NCBI GenBank assembly: GCA_013166775.1
Contig: JABLTJ010000007.1
Span: 96,001 to 160,000 of the forward strand
Direction of reading: 5' to 3'
From: Promethearchaeati archaeon
Lineage (GTDB): Archaea > Asgardarchaeota > Heimdallarchaeia > Heimdallarchaeales > Heimdallarchaeaceae
DNA length: 64,000 bases
Below the pieces are notes generated by a model. It was given only the letters and a program-made list of their open reading frames with translations. It was not told the origin of the DNA and ran no database searches. A program made the translations under genes and the position numbers. Positions 1 to 9,491 of this stretch are shown piece by piece (position 1 is the first letter of the stretch; each line of letters starts with the position of its first letter).

Positions 1-1
1 G

Positions 2-205
2 TTCTCTTTTTAAGACTCGTTTTTCTTCAAATGGTATGAAATCAACATCGACGTATCTGTAGGAATAGCTATTATCCAATAACCATTGTTTTCCTTTCTT
101 ACACCATTGGCATGTACTCAAAGCAAACAGTATGATGTCTTTTTCACATTTTTCGCCTTTTACAATTACTATCTCACCAGATATCTTGATGTCCTCGAAA
201 CTCAT
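2..205 (-). CDS. Glutaredoxin-like protein (3' end runs off the window)
   Basis: Manual translation from ATG at 205: MSFEDIKISGEIVIVKGEKCEKDIILFALSTCQWCKKGKQWLLDNSYSYRYVDVD...; CxxC (CQWC) in a glutaredoxin context. Not in the ORF track because it is truncated. Confidence 0.8.
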   Translation of the reverse strand, partial: MSFEDIKISGEIVIVKGEKCEKDIILFALSTCQWCKKGKQWLLDNSYSYRYVDVDFIPFEEKRVLKRE

Positions 206-315
206 TGAATTACCAAAATAACCTTAAATGAAGCAAATATAAATTTGCCTCTGTTACAATTAGAGAAAATTTGTTAGAAGTTAGCTTTTTTATTTCAAGT
301 TGAGAAGGTTTCTTA

Positions 316-945
316 ATGAAAATAACAAATCATAAAGTGGAAAAGTATATGGAAAATCTTCTTGATAATCGAACCCCTGTACTCAAAGAAATCGAAGATT
401 ATGCAAGAAGTGTAAAATTTCCCATTATAGAGCCACTTGTAGGAAGTTTAATCAATCATTATGCAAAAATGTTACAAGCGAAAAAAATACTTGAATTAGG
501 CTCAGGTTTTGGTTATTCAGCTTTATGGTTTTCTGAAGGTATGGATGAGCTAACAGAGATAATCTGTACTGATTTCAAGGAAGAAAATAAGAAGCGTGCA
601 GAGAAATATTTCAAGAAAGCAAAAATTAAAACAAGAATAGATTTTAGATTTGGGGATGCTTTGGAGATATTAAATACCATTGAAGGAGAAATTGATATTA
701 TCTTTAACGATATTGAAAAAGAAGATTATCCAGAAGCTTTCAAGAAAGCTATACCTAAACTCAGAAAGGGAGGATTATTAATAACAGATAATACATTGTG
801 GTATGGAAAAGTAGCAAAGAAGAGGAAGAAGGATTATCAAACTGAAGGTTCAAGAGAATATAATAGATTAGCATTTACAGATAAAAGGGTTTCATCTGTA
901 ATTTTACCATTAAGGGATGGAATAACAGTTTCTCTCAAATTGTAA
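316..945 (+). CDS. Class I SAM-dependent O-methyltransferase (caffeoyl-CoA OMT/TrmR-like family)
   Basis: ILELGSGFGYS SAM motif I, DIIFNDIEK, GGLLITDNTLW, LPLRDG. Confidence 0.85.
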   Translation: MKITNHKVEKYMENLLDNRTPVLKEIEDYARSVKFPIIEPLVGSLINHYAKMLQAKKILELGSGFGYSALWFSEGMDELTEIICTDFKEENKKRAEKYFKKAKIKTRIDFRFGDALEILNTIEGEIDIIFNDIEKEDYPEAFKKAIPKLRKGGLLITDNTLWYGKVAKKRKKDYQTEGSREYNRLAFTDKRVSSVILPLRDGITVSLKL

Positions 946-1043
946 AAGTATTAATTTAATAGCTTGTAACAAAACCAAGAATATGAATTTCAACAAAATA
1001 ATAGCTTTAATTAATAAAAATAGGAAAGAGTGGTGTTCACTCG

Positions 1044-2957
1044 CTAATCTAAATATTTAGCTTTGAACTCCTCCCAGTCAATCATTTTCACTCCTAGGGC
1101 TAGGGCTTGTTCTTGGCGTTTTTTTCCAGCTTTCTCTGCTAGTACTAAATAATCTAAGCTTTTAGATACACCAGAGCCCCATTCTATACCTTTTGATTCA
1201 ATCATTTCTCTTAATTCGTTTTTTGTATATTCTTCTACTTTTCCTGATATGTATATTTTCATTGTTCTGATCACCTTTGTTTGTTCTTGATAAGTGATTC
1301 TTTGAAATCTAGATAGATCTTGTTTCTTATATGTATAAATGATTTTAAGCCCGTTGTTGAATAAATTGGAATATCTCTCCGTCTGTCTGATACCAGTCTT
1401 TATGTTATTGGCAGTTATATCGGATATCCCTTCAAGACTGGTTAATTGTTCAATAGTCGCATTCTTGAGTTCATCAAAATCAGCAAAACTATTCGCAAGT
1501 TTCTTTCCCATTGTTCTTCCTAAAGATTCTATCCCTAATCCAGCTAGAAAAGTTCGAAAAGGAAGTTCTCTTGTGTTCTCTATTGATGAAAAAATCTTTG
1601 AACCATTTTTACCTAATAGACTAACTAATTGTTCTTCAGTAAGTGAATATAGATCGGAATAGTGCACTACTAAACCATTGTCATATAGTTTTTCTCGACT
1701 TCTACCACCTAAACCATCAATCCCTGTTATTCTTATCCAGTAGCTAATCTGTTGAATATCTCTATTTCGACAGTTACTCCCAGTACAAATTAGATTAACT
1801 CCTGATTTCTCAGTTTTTGAACCGCATGAAGGGCAACTCTTTGGCAGTGTTACTTCTCCTTTTGTATTCTTTGTAGTGACACTGATTATTTTAGGGATAA
1901 CTTCGCCTGATCTTTCGACATAGACAAAGTCACCAGGTTTTGCTCCCAGACTCTTCAAGAAATCAGCATTGTGGAGAGTAGCTCTACTGATTACTGCACC
2001 TGATACTTCTACAGGTTCTAATTCTGCAACTGGAGTCAGAACAGAAGTTCTGCCTACCTGCCAAGTAATATCATTAAGTTTAGTTGCTTTACCTTTGCTT
2101 TCGAATTTCAATGCAATTTGCCATCGAGGGTGATGATCTGTAGCTCCAACTGCATCTCTATCTGTTGCAAGGTTGTATTTGAATACTACACCATCGATTT
2201 CATAATCTAAATTCTCTCTTTCATTCTCTACTTGCTTGAAATGCTTTGAGATTATGTCTATGCTAGGGTTATCAATTTTGAGAAAATCAGCTGTTTCAAA
2301 TCTCCAAGAATTCAAGATTGATGCTTTTTCTTCTACAGTTACGTTTTCATTCCATCCCAAAAGATCAAAGGCCATAAAATTGAGAATTCGTTCTTCCATC
2401 ATTCGAGCATCTTTCTGTTTTGCAGTACCTGCTGCTAAGTTTCGAGGATTACTATATTTTTCACCTTCAGGCAAGGATTCATTTATTCGATTAAATTCAG
2501 AGATTTTCATGTAGAGTTCACCTCTAATCTCTACATTATTCTCGAAAGGTATTGTCTTAGGAATAGCATCGATTTTTAATATGTTCAAAGTCACGTCGTC
2601 TCCAAGAGTTCCCGAACCTCTGGTTGCAGCTAGAATTAGTTTAGAATTTTGATAAATTAGTTTAAGAGATAGACCATCAGTTTTGTAACCCATTATTAAT
2701 GGACGATTTTCAGCCCAGGAAATGATCTTGTCTACTGATTTAGCTTTTTGAAGGGAAAGCATAGGAGGATCATGAGGAACATTACCTCCTGCAGGAGTTC
2801 CAACAATAAATAAAACAGGATTTTCAGGATCAATTTCACTCAATCGATCTTCTAAGCTGTCATATTCAGAATCAGAAATTTCAGGTTCACCATCGTAATA
2901 TTTTCGTTTATGATAAAGTATCAAGTTCTCAAGTTGCTTCTTTTCATCTTCAGCCAT
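1044..2957 (-). CDS. ligA: NAD+-dependent DNA ligase
   Basis: YY..GEPEISDSEYD domain Ia, KTDG adenylation motif, EIRGE, NPRNLAAG, WQVGRT, RATLHN, CPSC...C...C zinc finger, HhH repeats, C-terminal BRCT. Likely start is ATG 2957 (ORF track starts at 2975). Confidence 0.95.
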   Translation of the reverse strand: MAEDEKKQLENLILYHKRKYYDGEPEISDSEYDSLEDRLSEIDPENPVLFIVGTPAGGNVPHDPPMLSLQKAKSVDKIISWAENRPLIMGYKTDGLSLKLIYQNSKLILAATRGSGTLGDDVTLNILKIDAIPKTIPFENNVEIRGELYMKISEFNRINESLPEGEKYSNPRNLAAGTAKQKDARMMEERILNFMAFDLLGWNENVTVEEKASILNSWRFETADFLKIDNPSIDIISKHFKQVENERENLDYEIDGVVFKYNLATDRDAVGATDHHPRWQIALKFESKGKATKLNDITWQVGRTSVLTPVAELEPVEVSGAVISRATLHNADFLKSLGAKPGDFVYVERSGEVIPKIISVTTKNTKGEVTLPKSCPSCGSKTEKSGVNLICTGSNCRNRDIQQISYWIRITGIDGLGGRSREKLYDNGLVVHYSDLYSLTEEQLVSLLGKNGSKIFSSIENTRELPFRTFLAGLGIESLGRTMGKKLANSFADFDELKNATIEQLTSLEGISDITANNIKTGIRQTERYSNLFNNGLKIIYTYKKQDLSRFQRITYQEQTKVIRTMKIYISGKVEEYTKNELREMIESKGIEWGSGVSKSLDYLVLAEKAGKKRQEQALALGVKMIDWEEFKAKYLD

Positions 2958-3106
2958 TTCAACCACTAATCTCAATAGCCTTTCAATGATATTTTAAATA
3001 CTTATTGGGGAGACCTTAGTAAAACAATTGAAAGTAAAAAACCCATTAGATTTTTAAATATTAAAATTTAGAAACAAAAGAGTACATTCAACTTACAACT
3101 AACTTA

Positions 3107-4399
3107 GTGGTCACTATGCTCTATAAATTCCATCCAGCTGTAATCGTTCGAGCAGAAGAGAAAGCTTCAATGTTTTTTCAGAAAAAGATAGCTGATACTA
3201 CATTAGTTTCATTTGAAGCAATAGACGCTTTTCTAGAGCATTTTAAATCAAAGGAAGATATACCTAAAGAACTCCTTCATCATTTTATTACTAGAGGATA
3301 CTTAATCCCTGCAAGGAATAAATCTGAACAAAAACAAGATCTTGAATTACTGGAAGAAATAAGAGAGCAAGCTAAAATCAGAAAATCTCCCTTGAACTCA
3401 TTATATGCTCCAGAGACTATTCATTTTTCCCTTACTAATGCATGTAATCAGAAATGTATAGGTTGTTTCTATTCTAGAGGGGAAGTCGAAGAAGAGAAAT
3501 ATCTAGATTCATCTATGTTCGAATCGATTACAAAAAAAGCTAATGAGCTGCAAGTTTTCCAATATGCTCTTGGAGGGGGAGAACCTCTACTTCATGAAAA
3601 CATTGTCGAATTTTGCTATTTATCAACAGAGAGTAATATAATCCCTAACATTACTACTAATGGAAATCTATTTACAAAAGAACTAGCTAAAGAGTTTAAA
3701 CAAGCTAAATTGGGTCAGATACAATTTTCATTAAATGGTTCTGAAGAAACAATAAACAAAGACACACGACCTAATTTCAAGAAAACTATGAATGCAATAA
3801 AGATAGCTAGGGAAGCGAATTTAAGATGGGGAATCAATTTTCTTGTAACGAAAAGAAATATTTCAGATGTTCCTGCTATGATCCTTCTGGCAAATAAACT
3901 AGGAGCGGAAACACTTAATTTTCTAAGAATTAAACCTCCAATTGCAGAAGGCAATACTTGGGTTCAGAATGAATCCCTGAGTTCTCACGAACATCTTAAG
4001 CTTCATGAAATGCTTAAAAATCAGTCTTCAATAACAAGATTAACAGTGGATGCGTCTTTCTGTTTTCTATTTAATCATCTCTCTTCAGAAGAGATGTATT
4101 CTAGAGGAATGTGGGGATGTGCAGCAGCTCAAAGATTTTGTACAATCTCTCCATTTGGTCATGTACTAGCTTGTTCTCATATGCATCATCACTGGGATGT
4201 AGAAAATGGTGATTTCGATAAAGCTTGGAGAGAATCTAAAGTTTTTCAGAAATTTAGAGAATTAAATTCAACAATAACAGGTCCTTGTTCCAGTTGTAGC
4301 ATCAAACCTACTTGTAAAGGGTGTAGAGCTGTTGTAGAACTTATTACGGATGATTTTTGGGCTTCGGATACACAATGCCCTAAGAATAACAATCAATAA
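3107..4399 (+). CDS. Radical SAM protein with SPASM domain
   Basis: CNQKCIGC motif, GGGEP, TTNG; C-terminal CAAAQRFC...CSSCSIKPTCKGCRA...C SPASM cysteines. Confidence 0.9.
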   Translation: MVTMLYKFHPAVIVRAEEKASMFFQKKIADTTLVSFEAIDAFLEHFKSKEDIPKELLHHFITRGYLIPARNKSEQKQDLELLEEIREQAKIRKSPLNSLYAPETIHFSLTNACNQKCIGCFYSRGEVEEEKYLDSSMFESITKKANELQVFQYALGGGEPLLHENIVEFCYLSTESNIIPNITTNGNLFTKELAKEFKQAKLGQIQFSLNGSEETINKDTRPNFKKTMNAIKIAREANLRWGINFLVTKRNISDVPAMILLANKLGAETLNFLRIKPPIAEGNTWVQNESLSSHEHLKLHEMLKNQSSITRLTVDASFCFLFNHLSSEEMYSRGMWGCAAAQRFCTISPFGHVLACSHMHHHWDVENGDFDKAWRESKVFQKFRELNSTITGPCSSCSIKPTCKGCRAVVELITDDFWASDTQCPKNNNQ

Positions 4400-4437
4400 T
4401 GTTTTTAAATTTCTTTAACTGATTTTAATAGAAATTC

Positions 4438-4923
4438 ATGAGGATTAATAAACAAATTGTAGAAATTTTGAAAGATAGAGGATGGTATATTTCAACTGCT
4501 GAATCTTGCTCAGGAGGTTTTTTAGCTCATACGATTACAAATGCTTCAGGGAGCTCGGATTATTTCTCATATGGATATATTACATATTCAGATCAAGCTA
4601 AGATTCAGACATTAAATATCCAAAAAAATGTGTTAGAAGAGTCTACTAGTTATTCAGGAAAGATAGCTGAATTAATGGCTACGGGAGTAAGAAGCAAAAC
4701 TGAATCCACTTTTGGTTTAGCTATAACAGGTATAGCTCCTCCTGGTGATCCTTCATCTTCTCTTCCAACTGGAACAGTATTCATTGGTGTTTCATCGTCA
4801 AAATATACTACACATTCTAGGTTTAAAATAAAAACTAAATCAAGATGTCGTTTCAAAAGACAAGTTGTTAAGATTACTTTAAACTTACTCGAAGATATTG
4901 TTCATGAATATAATAAGAACTAA
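4438..4923 (+). CDS. pncC: NMN deamidase (CinA C-terminal domain/PncC)
   Basis: STAESCSGG, GSSDYF, TYSDQAK, AITGIAP, GTVFIG; stand-alone CinA domain. Confidence 0.85.
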   Translation: MRINKQIVEILKDRGWYISTAESCSGGFLAHTITNASGSSDYFSYGYITYSDQAKIQTLNIQKNVLEESTSYSGKIAELMATGVRSKTESTFGLAITGIAPPGDPSSSLPTGTVFIGVSSSKYTTHSRFKIKTKSRCRFKRQVVKITLNLLEDIVHEYNKN

Positions 4924-4930
4924 ATTAAAT

Positions 4931-5542
4931 TTACTTTAGATGCTTCTTAATTTTCTTTAAAACAATTTTTTTCTTCTTTTGATATACTTTTATTGGCAGA
5001 TCATGTTTTGTTAATTTTGCGAAATTCTTTAGAACAGATATATTTTGTAAGAGAGATAAATCCTCATCTGCTCTTTGATACAGCAGTTCCATAGCTTGAT
5101 CGAATTCCTTTTTTGTTATACTATCAACAATTTCGTTTCTAAGATTCTTATGAACTATATCAGAGTTTTTCTTATGAAGGTGGGATATAAGCACACTAAG
5201 AACAACCATCATCTTGAATTTCTTATCTTTCTTCTGAACTTCTTCGAGAATAGATATTTTTTCTGAATACTGTTCATGAATGCTTTTTGTTCGAATATCT
5301 AGTTCAGATGCTAAACTATTAATAAACTCCTCATCCTTCCCATTTTCAAACAATGGACTATGCTCCTTAATCTTATAGATCATATCATTCATTATCTCTC
5401 CACTACCCTTGATTTTTATCTTTTTATTTGCTCTTCTGTCTATTATAAAATCAGGCTTTGAGAAAAATTGTTGTGATAATAGATATTCAACAACATCATA
5501 ATATTTCCATTTTTTTTCAGTAGCCTGATTCTTATTAAGCAT
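4931..5542 (-). CDS. Hypothetical protein
   Basis: 203-aa ORF with an ATG start, co-oriented downstream of the MTase; no recognised motif. Confidence 0.65.
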   Translation of the reverse strand: MLNKNQATEKKWKYYDVVEYLLSQQFFSKPDFIIDRRANKKIKIKGSGEIMNDMIYKIKEHSPLFENGKDEEFINSLASELDIRTKSIHEQYSEKISILEEVQKKDKKFKMMVVLSVLISHLHKKNSDIVHKNLRNEIVDSITKKEFDQAMELLYQRADEDLSLLQNISVLKNFAKLTKHDLPIKVYQKKKKIVLKKIKKHLK

Positions 5543-5610
5543 TCTAATCCTCTTAAATTAGAAGTTATTATCTTTAAAAATCTTGGCCTTTCTTTGTGTA
5601 ATAAAAATCA

Positions 5611-7158
5611 TTATTTATCTATTAGTTTTCGAAAATGCTTTTCTTTGAAGGAATTTTGGATGAGAGTTTCTATTTCTTTTTTTCTTGAAACATCTTTTAT
5701 TTTTAATATCTGTTGAGTGATAGAAGCTATTTCCTTCTCTACCTCTTTAGTAAAAAGTGGAATTTGTATATTAGACATAATTCGTTGTGTGAAAGCTATT
5801 CGATGACCTCTTCGAGCACCTGCTGATAAATAATACTCTCTAAAGAAGTTACTATTCAAATAACCAAGAAGGAAAAACGGATCAATTATCAGAGGAACAA
5901 TAGTTAGTATATCTCCTGAAGGTAGTAATTCTTCATCAGACAAGCTAAATCTATTATATTTACTTCTATCTAGAGTTGGAATATAGATCTTAGGTTTGTC
6001 AAGATAATCCAGAAAGTGCTTATAGTTTCTAAGAGCTTGCCATTGGAACCATTTTTTATTTGAAGGAAGGAATCTATCATTCATCTTCTCTTTGAAATCA
6101 GAAATTTTCTTGTAAATGTTAGGATAACGATTTCTTAAGATTTCCTCTGAATTCAAATCATCAGGAATCAGAATGTAATTAGTGCAACCTTCAGTCCAAT
6201 AAGCTTTGCAATGGCTAGCTTTTACGCTTCTAATGATGAATTTTCGTTCGTCTTCATTAAGACTCATTATTTCTTCATTTGAAATAATAAATGCTCTATC
6301 AAAACCTGAAACTAAACCTACACCTATCCAAGCGACTTCTTTAAGAGAAATTGACGTTTCTATTAGAATCTCAGGATAAGTAGTCCAGATTGAATCCGAA
6401 TCAATGAAAATAGGTTTCTCATAATAAAAAAATGCATCATTGCTTTCTTTACTTTTTATTGAATCTAATCCCTTTTCCAAAATATCTTTTTTCGAAATTT
6501 TTCTACTCACAATTCGAAGAATTTGCGTCTTATCTCTTTCATCAGGTTTTGTTTTCTTAAATTTAAAGATAATAGTTTCAGGATTTTCACCTTCGAATAA
6601 GCGGATTTCATCAAGATCAATAACAGCATACAAAAAACCTTCAGAGATTATTTTTTTTCTTACAATTTTCGCAAAAGTATTGTAGAAAAATCCATATGGA
6701 ACGATGTATATTAGTTCTCCACCATCCTTAAGTAAATCAATTGATTTTAAGATAAAGGCATAATAAATGTCAGATTCTTTACTAGAAACGATTTTAACTA
6801 CTTTTTCTTGTACTTCAGAAGGAAGAGAATTATAATGAGCATAAGGTGGATTACCAATAATTATATCGTATTTCTCTTTTGGTTCCCAATCAAGATAATC
6901 TTCATGATAGAATTTAATTTGAGGAAATTTACTCTTGCAAATCTTGATTAATTCATTATCTAATTCAATTCCTTCAATATTTGAATACTTATCTGCTAAG
7001 AGTTGTTCAAGAAATACTCCTCTCCCACAACCACTATCTAAGACTTGAACTTCTTTCTGGTTTTTGTATTCAGTACTTATTAGAGAAACCATTAATTTAG
7101 CTACTTCATCAGGTGTTTCAATGAAAGCTATCGATTCTTTTCCTATGTCGTGTGTCAC
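5611..7158 (-). CDS. N6-adenine DNA methyltransferase (type II, gamma class, Eco57I/TaqI-like)
   Basis: VLDSGCGRGVF (motif I) precedes IIGNPPY (motif IV); TaqI-C-like FLLGYLNS near the C-terminus. Confidence 0.9.
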   Translation of the reverse strand: MTHDIGKESIAFIETPDEVAKLMVSLISTEYKNQKEVQVLDSGCGRGVFLEQLLADKYSNIEGIELDNELIKICKSKFPQIKFYHEDYLDWEPKEKYDIIIGNPPYAHYNSLPSEVQEKVVKIVSSKESDIYYAFILKSIDLLKDGGELIYIVPYGFFYNTFAKIVRKKIISEGFLYAVIDLDEIRLFEGENPETIIFKFKKTKPDERDKTQILRIVSRKISKKDILEKGLDSIKSKESNDAFFYYEKPIFIDSDSIWTTYPEILIETSISLKEVAWIGVGLVSGFDRAFIISNEEIMSLNEDERKFIIRSVKASHCKAYWTEGCTNYILIPDDLNSEEILRNRYPNIYKKISDFKEKMNDRFLPSNKKWFQWQALRNYKHFLDYLDKPKIYIPTLDRSKYNRFSLSDEELLPSGDILTIVPLIIDPFFLLGYLNSNFFREYYLSAGARRGHRIAFTQRIMSNIQIPLFTKEVEKEIASITQQILKIKDVSRKKEIETLIQNSFKEKHFRKLIDK

Positions 7159-7302
7159 TATTCTGATATATTTGTGTTGTATTTAAAATCATTTCTAGAA
7201 TTTCTCTTAGTTTCACGCAAAACAATGTTGATTTTGGTAAAAGAAAAAGAATATAAATTTCCTCTTTAATTCGACTTAATTACATAATTAGAGCTGATAA
7301 CA

Positions 7303-8349
7303 ATGTCTGTTGAGGATTATAGAAAAATCGCCAGAGAAAAAATGAAAGGTCATTGTGGTGTCTATAAACACTGTGATGGAGCAGATATAAGAATCTGCCA
7401 AAGAAATGCTTATGGAAAAGGAATTGGTTTTGGAGGAGTAGGATCGGGTCAGAGTTTCAAAAACAACTTTGAAGCAGTGAATGCAATCAAACTGAAGATG
7501 CGTGTAGTAGGAGATCATTATAATCCAAATACTGAATATGATTTTTTTGGGAATAAACTAACGATGCCTATTATGGGTGCAAGTGTAACTGGTGTTAATT
7601 CGTTTGGAGGAGATGAAGTAATCACTGAATCCGAATTCTGTAAAGCTACTGTTTTGGGTGCGAAATATGCAGGAACTATTGGTTGGAGAGGCGATACATA
7701 TACATATGATTGGGATTTCATGCCTTGCTATGATGCAATATGTAATGTAGCTGAAGGATGGGGAGTCAAAATAAGCAAACCAAGAGATCAAGAGGTTCTG
7801 AAGAAAGTTTTCAAGAAGTATGAAGAAGGTGGAGCGATAGCTGTTGGAACAGATGTTGATGGTTGCGGTTCTACAATTATGGCAGCGCATCAAAAACCTG
7901 TATTCAAAAAATCTCCTGAAGACATAAAAGAGTTAGTCAATTCTACAAAACTTCCTGTTATTATCAAGGGAATCATGACACAAGAAGATGCTATAGCAGC
8001 ATCAGAAGCTGGTGCAGCTGCAATAGTTGTCAGTAATCATGGAGGAAGAGTTCTTGATTATACACCTGGAACAGCTGAAGTACTTCCTTCTATCGTTGAT
8101 GCGATCAAAGGCAGAACACGAATTCTTGTTGATGGTGGAATAAGAAACGGTTATGATGTTCTGAAAATGCTAGCTGTTGGAGCTGAAGCTGTACTTATTG
8201 GTAGAGATATTGTAAGAGCAGCTGTAGGCGGTGGAGCTGAAGGAGTTAAAACACACTTTATTCATCTCCAGAAAACTTTAGAAAAAGCTATGAGAATGAC
8301 CAACGTAGCATCTTTAAGCGATATCACTAGAGAAGTAATATATGGGTAA
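7303..8349 (+). CDS. FMN-dependent alpha-hydroxy acid oxidase/dehydrogenase
   Basis: IIKGIM, VSNHGGR, DGGIRNGYDVLKMLAVGA, IGR. Confidence 0.9.
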   Translation: MSVEDYRKIAREKMKGHCGVYKHCDGADIRICQRNAYGKGIGFGGVGSGQSFKNNFEAVNAIKLKMRVVGDHYNPNTEYDFFGNKLTMPIMGASVTGVNSFGGDEVITESEFCKATVLGAKYAGTIGWRGDTYTYDWDFMPCYDAICNVAEGWGVKISKPRDQEVLKKVFKKYEEGGAIAVGTDVDGCGSTIMAAHQKPVFKKSPEDIKELVNSTKLPVIIKGIMTQEDAIAASEAGAAAIVVSNHGGRVLDYTPGTAEVLPSIVDAIKGRTRILVDGGIRNGYDVLKMLAVGAEAVLIGRDIVRAAVGGGAEGVKTHFIHLQKTLEKAMRMTNVASLSDITREVIYG

Positions 8350-8353
8350 CAAT

Positions 8354-9442
8354 CTAAGAAACTAGAATCTTCTTTATTTTTTCAATAGAGATAGCTTCAA
8401 TTTTCTTATCATCCCTTCCTTTCATTGTATTAGCTTTCAATAGAGAGTTTAAGATTGCCTCTTCTGTAGCTTCTACTGTAGCTTTAAGTAAGAAATTGAA
8501 TAACTTAGAAGTTTCATTTGTTATCTCTGTTTCAAATTTGTGATCTTTTCTGTCATGAAGAAGTTTATTAGCAGTTGTAAAAGATATGATAATATCTCCA
8601 GATCCCCAAGACACGAAACTACCAGTCCTGGTAATTCCCAAAGGAGCTCTTTTAGCAATCCTTTGAAGTTGTCTTGAATTCAAAGGTGTATTGGTTGCAA
8701 CAACTACCATTATCGATCCTTTTTCTTTTGATTCGGATTCATCTGTTTCATGTTCATGATGGAATTTTTGACCTAAAATTGTTAAATCTTTTTTGCGACC
8801 AAAGTTTGATAACACAAGAACACCTAGAATATATTCTTCACCTTCAACTACTATTTTTCTGGAAGATGTACCAATTCCAGCTTTATAACCAAATGACACC
8901 ATACCTGTTCCAGCACCAACTGCACCCTCTTCAACATTTGAAGAAGCGTTTTTTATAGCTTCAATTACATGTTCTTTCCTTACATGTCTTCCTTGCATAT
9001 CGTTCAAATAACCATCATTACATTCCCCAACTACTACATTAATTGTTGAGGTTTTGATACCGATATCAGGATTTTCTTCTAGATGATAATCTATCAGAGC
9101 ATCAGCAACTAAAGGTATATTCAAAGTTCCAGTTAATGCAATGACTGATTCAATAGAACCTAGTTCCTGAATCTGTGGTAAACCTATTGCTTTACCATAA
9201 CCATTCATAACAAAAGAACTTGCAACAATTTTTTCTTTGAAAATATTTCCTTGATGAGGAATAATAACTGTTACGCCAGTCCTTACAGGTCCTTTTCCAG
9301 GGATTAATGCTCCTTCTCCTTCAATTATTGTATAATGTCCCACCTTTACTCCTGGAACATCTGTTATTGAGTTCAACTTTCCAATATTTAATTTTCCCAC
9401 TTTCAGACCTAATTCTCTTAATCGGAACCTTTTCTCTGACAT
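8354..9442 (-). CDS. dmpA: DmpA/P1-family (S58) aminopeptidase
   Basis: NSITDVPGVKVGH, TGVT, NGYGK, ECNDG, GAVGAGTG, GIGTSSR, SNFG, KG/SIMVV autoprocessing site, GSGD. Confidence 0.9.
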   Translation of the reverse strand: MSEKRFRLRELGLKVGKLNIGKLNSITDVPGVKVGHYTIIEGEGALIPGKGPVRTGVTVIIPHQGNIFKEKIVASSFVMNGYGKAIGLPQIQELGSIESVIALTGTLNIPLVADALIDYHLEENPDIGIKTSTINVVVGECNDGYLNDMQGRHVRKEHVIEAIKNASSNVEEGAVGAGTGMVSFGYKAGIGTSSRKIVVEGEEYILGVLVLSNFGRKKDLTILGQKFHHEHETDESESKEKGSIMVVVATNTPLNSRQLQRIAKRAPLGITRTGSFVSWGSGDIIISFTTANKLLHDRKDHKFETEITNETSKLFNFLLKATVEATEEAILNSLLKANTMKGRDDKKIEAISIEKIKKILVS

Positions 9443-9491
9443 GATGATAACCAAAAATATTAGAATTTGTTTCTTTATAATTTTTTAGTTC

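Noticed and set aside
4931-5542. Cognate restriction endonuclease for MTase1
   Set aside because: PDFII is suggestive, but no (D/E)xK follows and the rest looks all-helical; cannot be supported without a profile search
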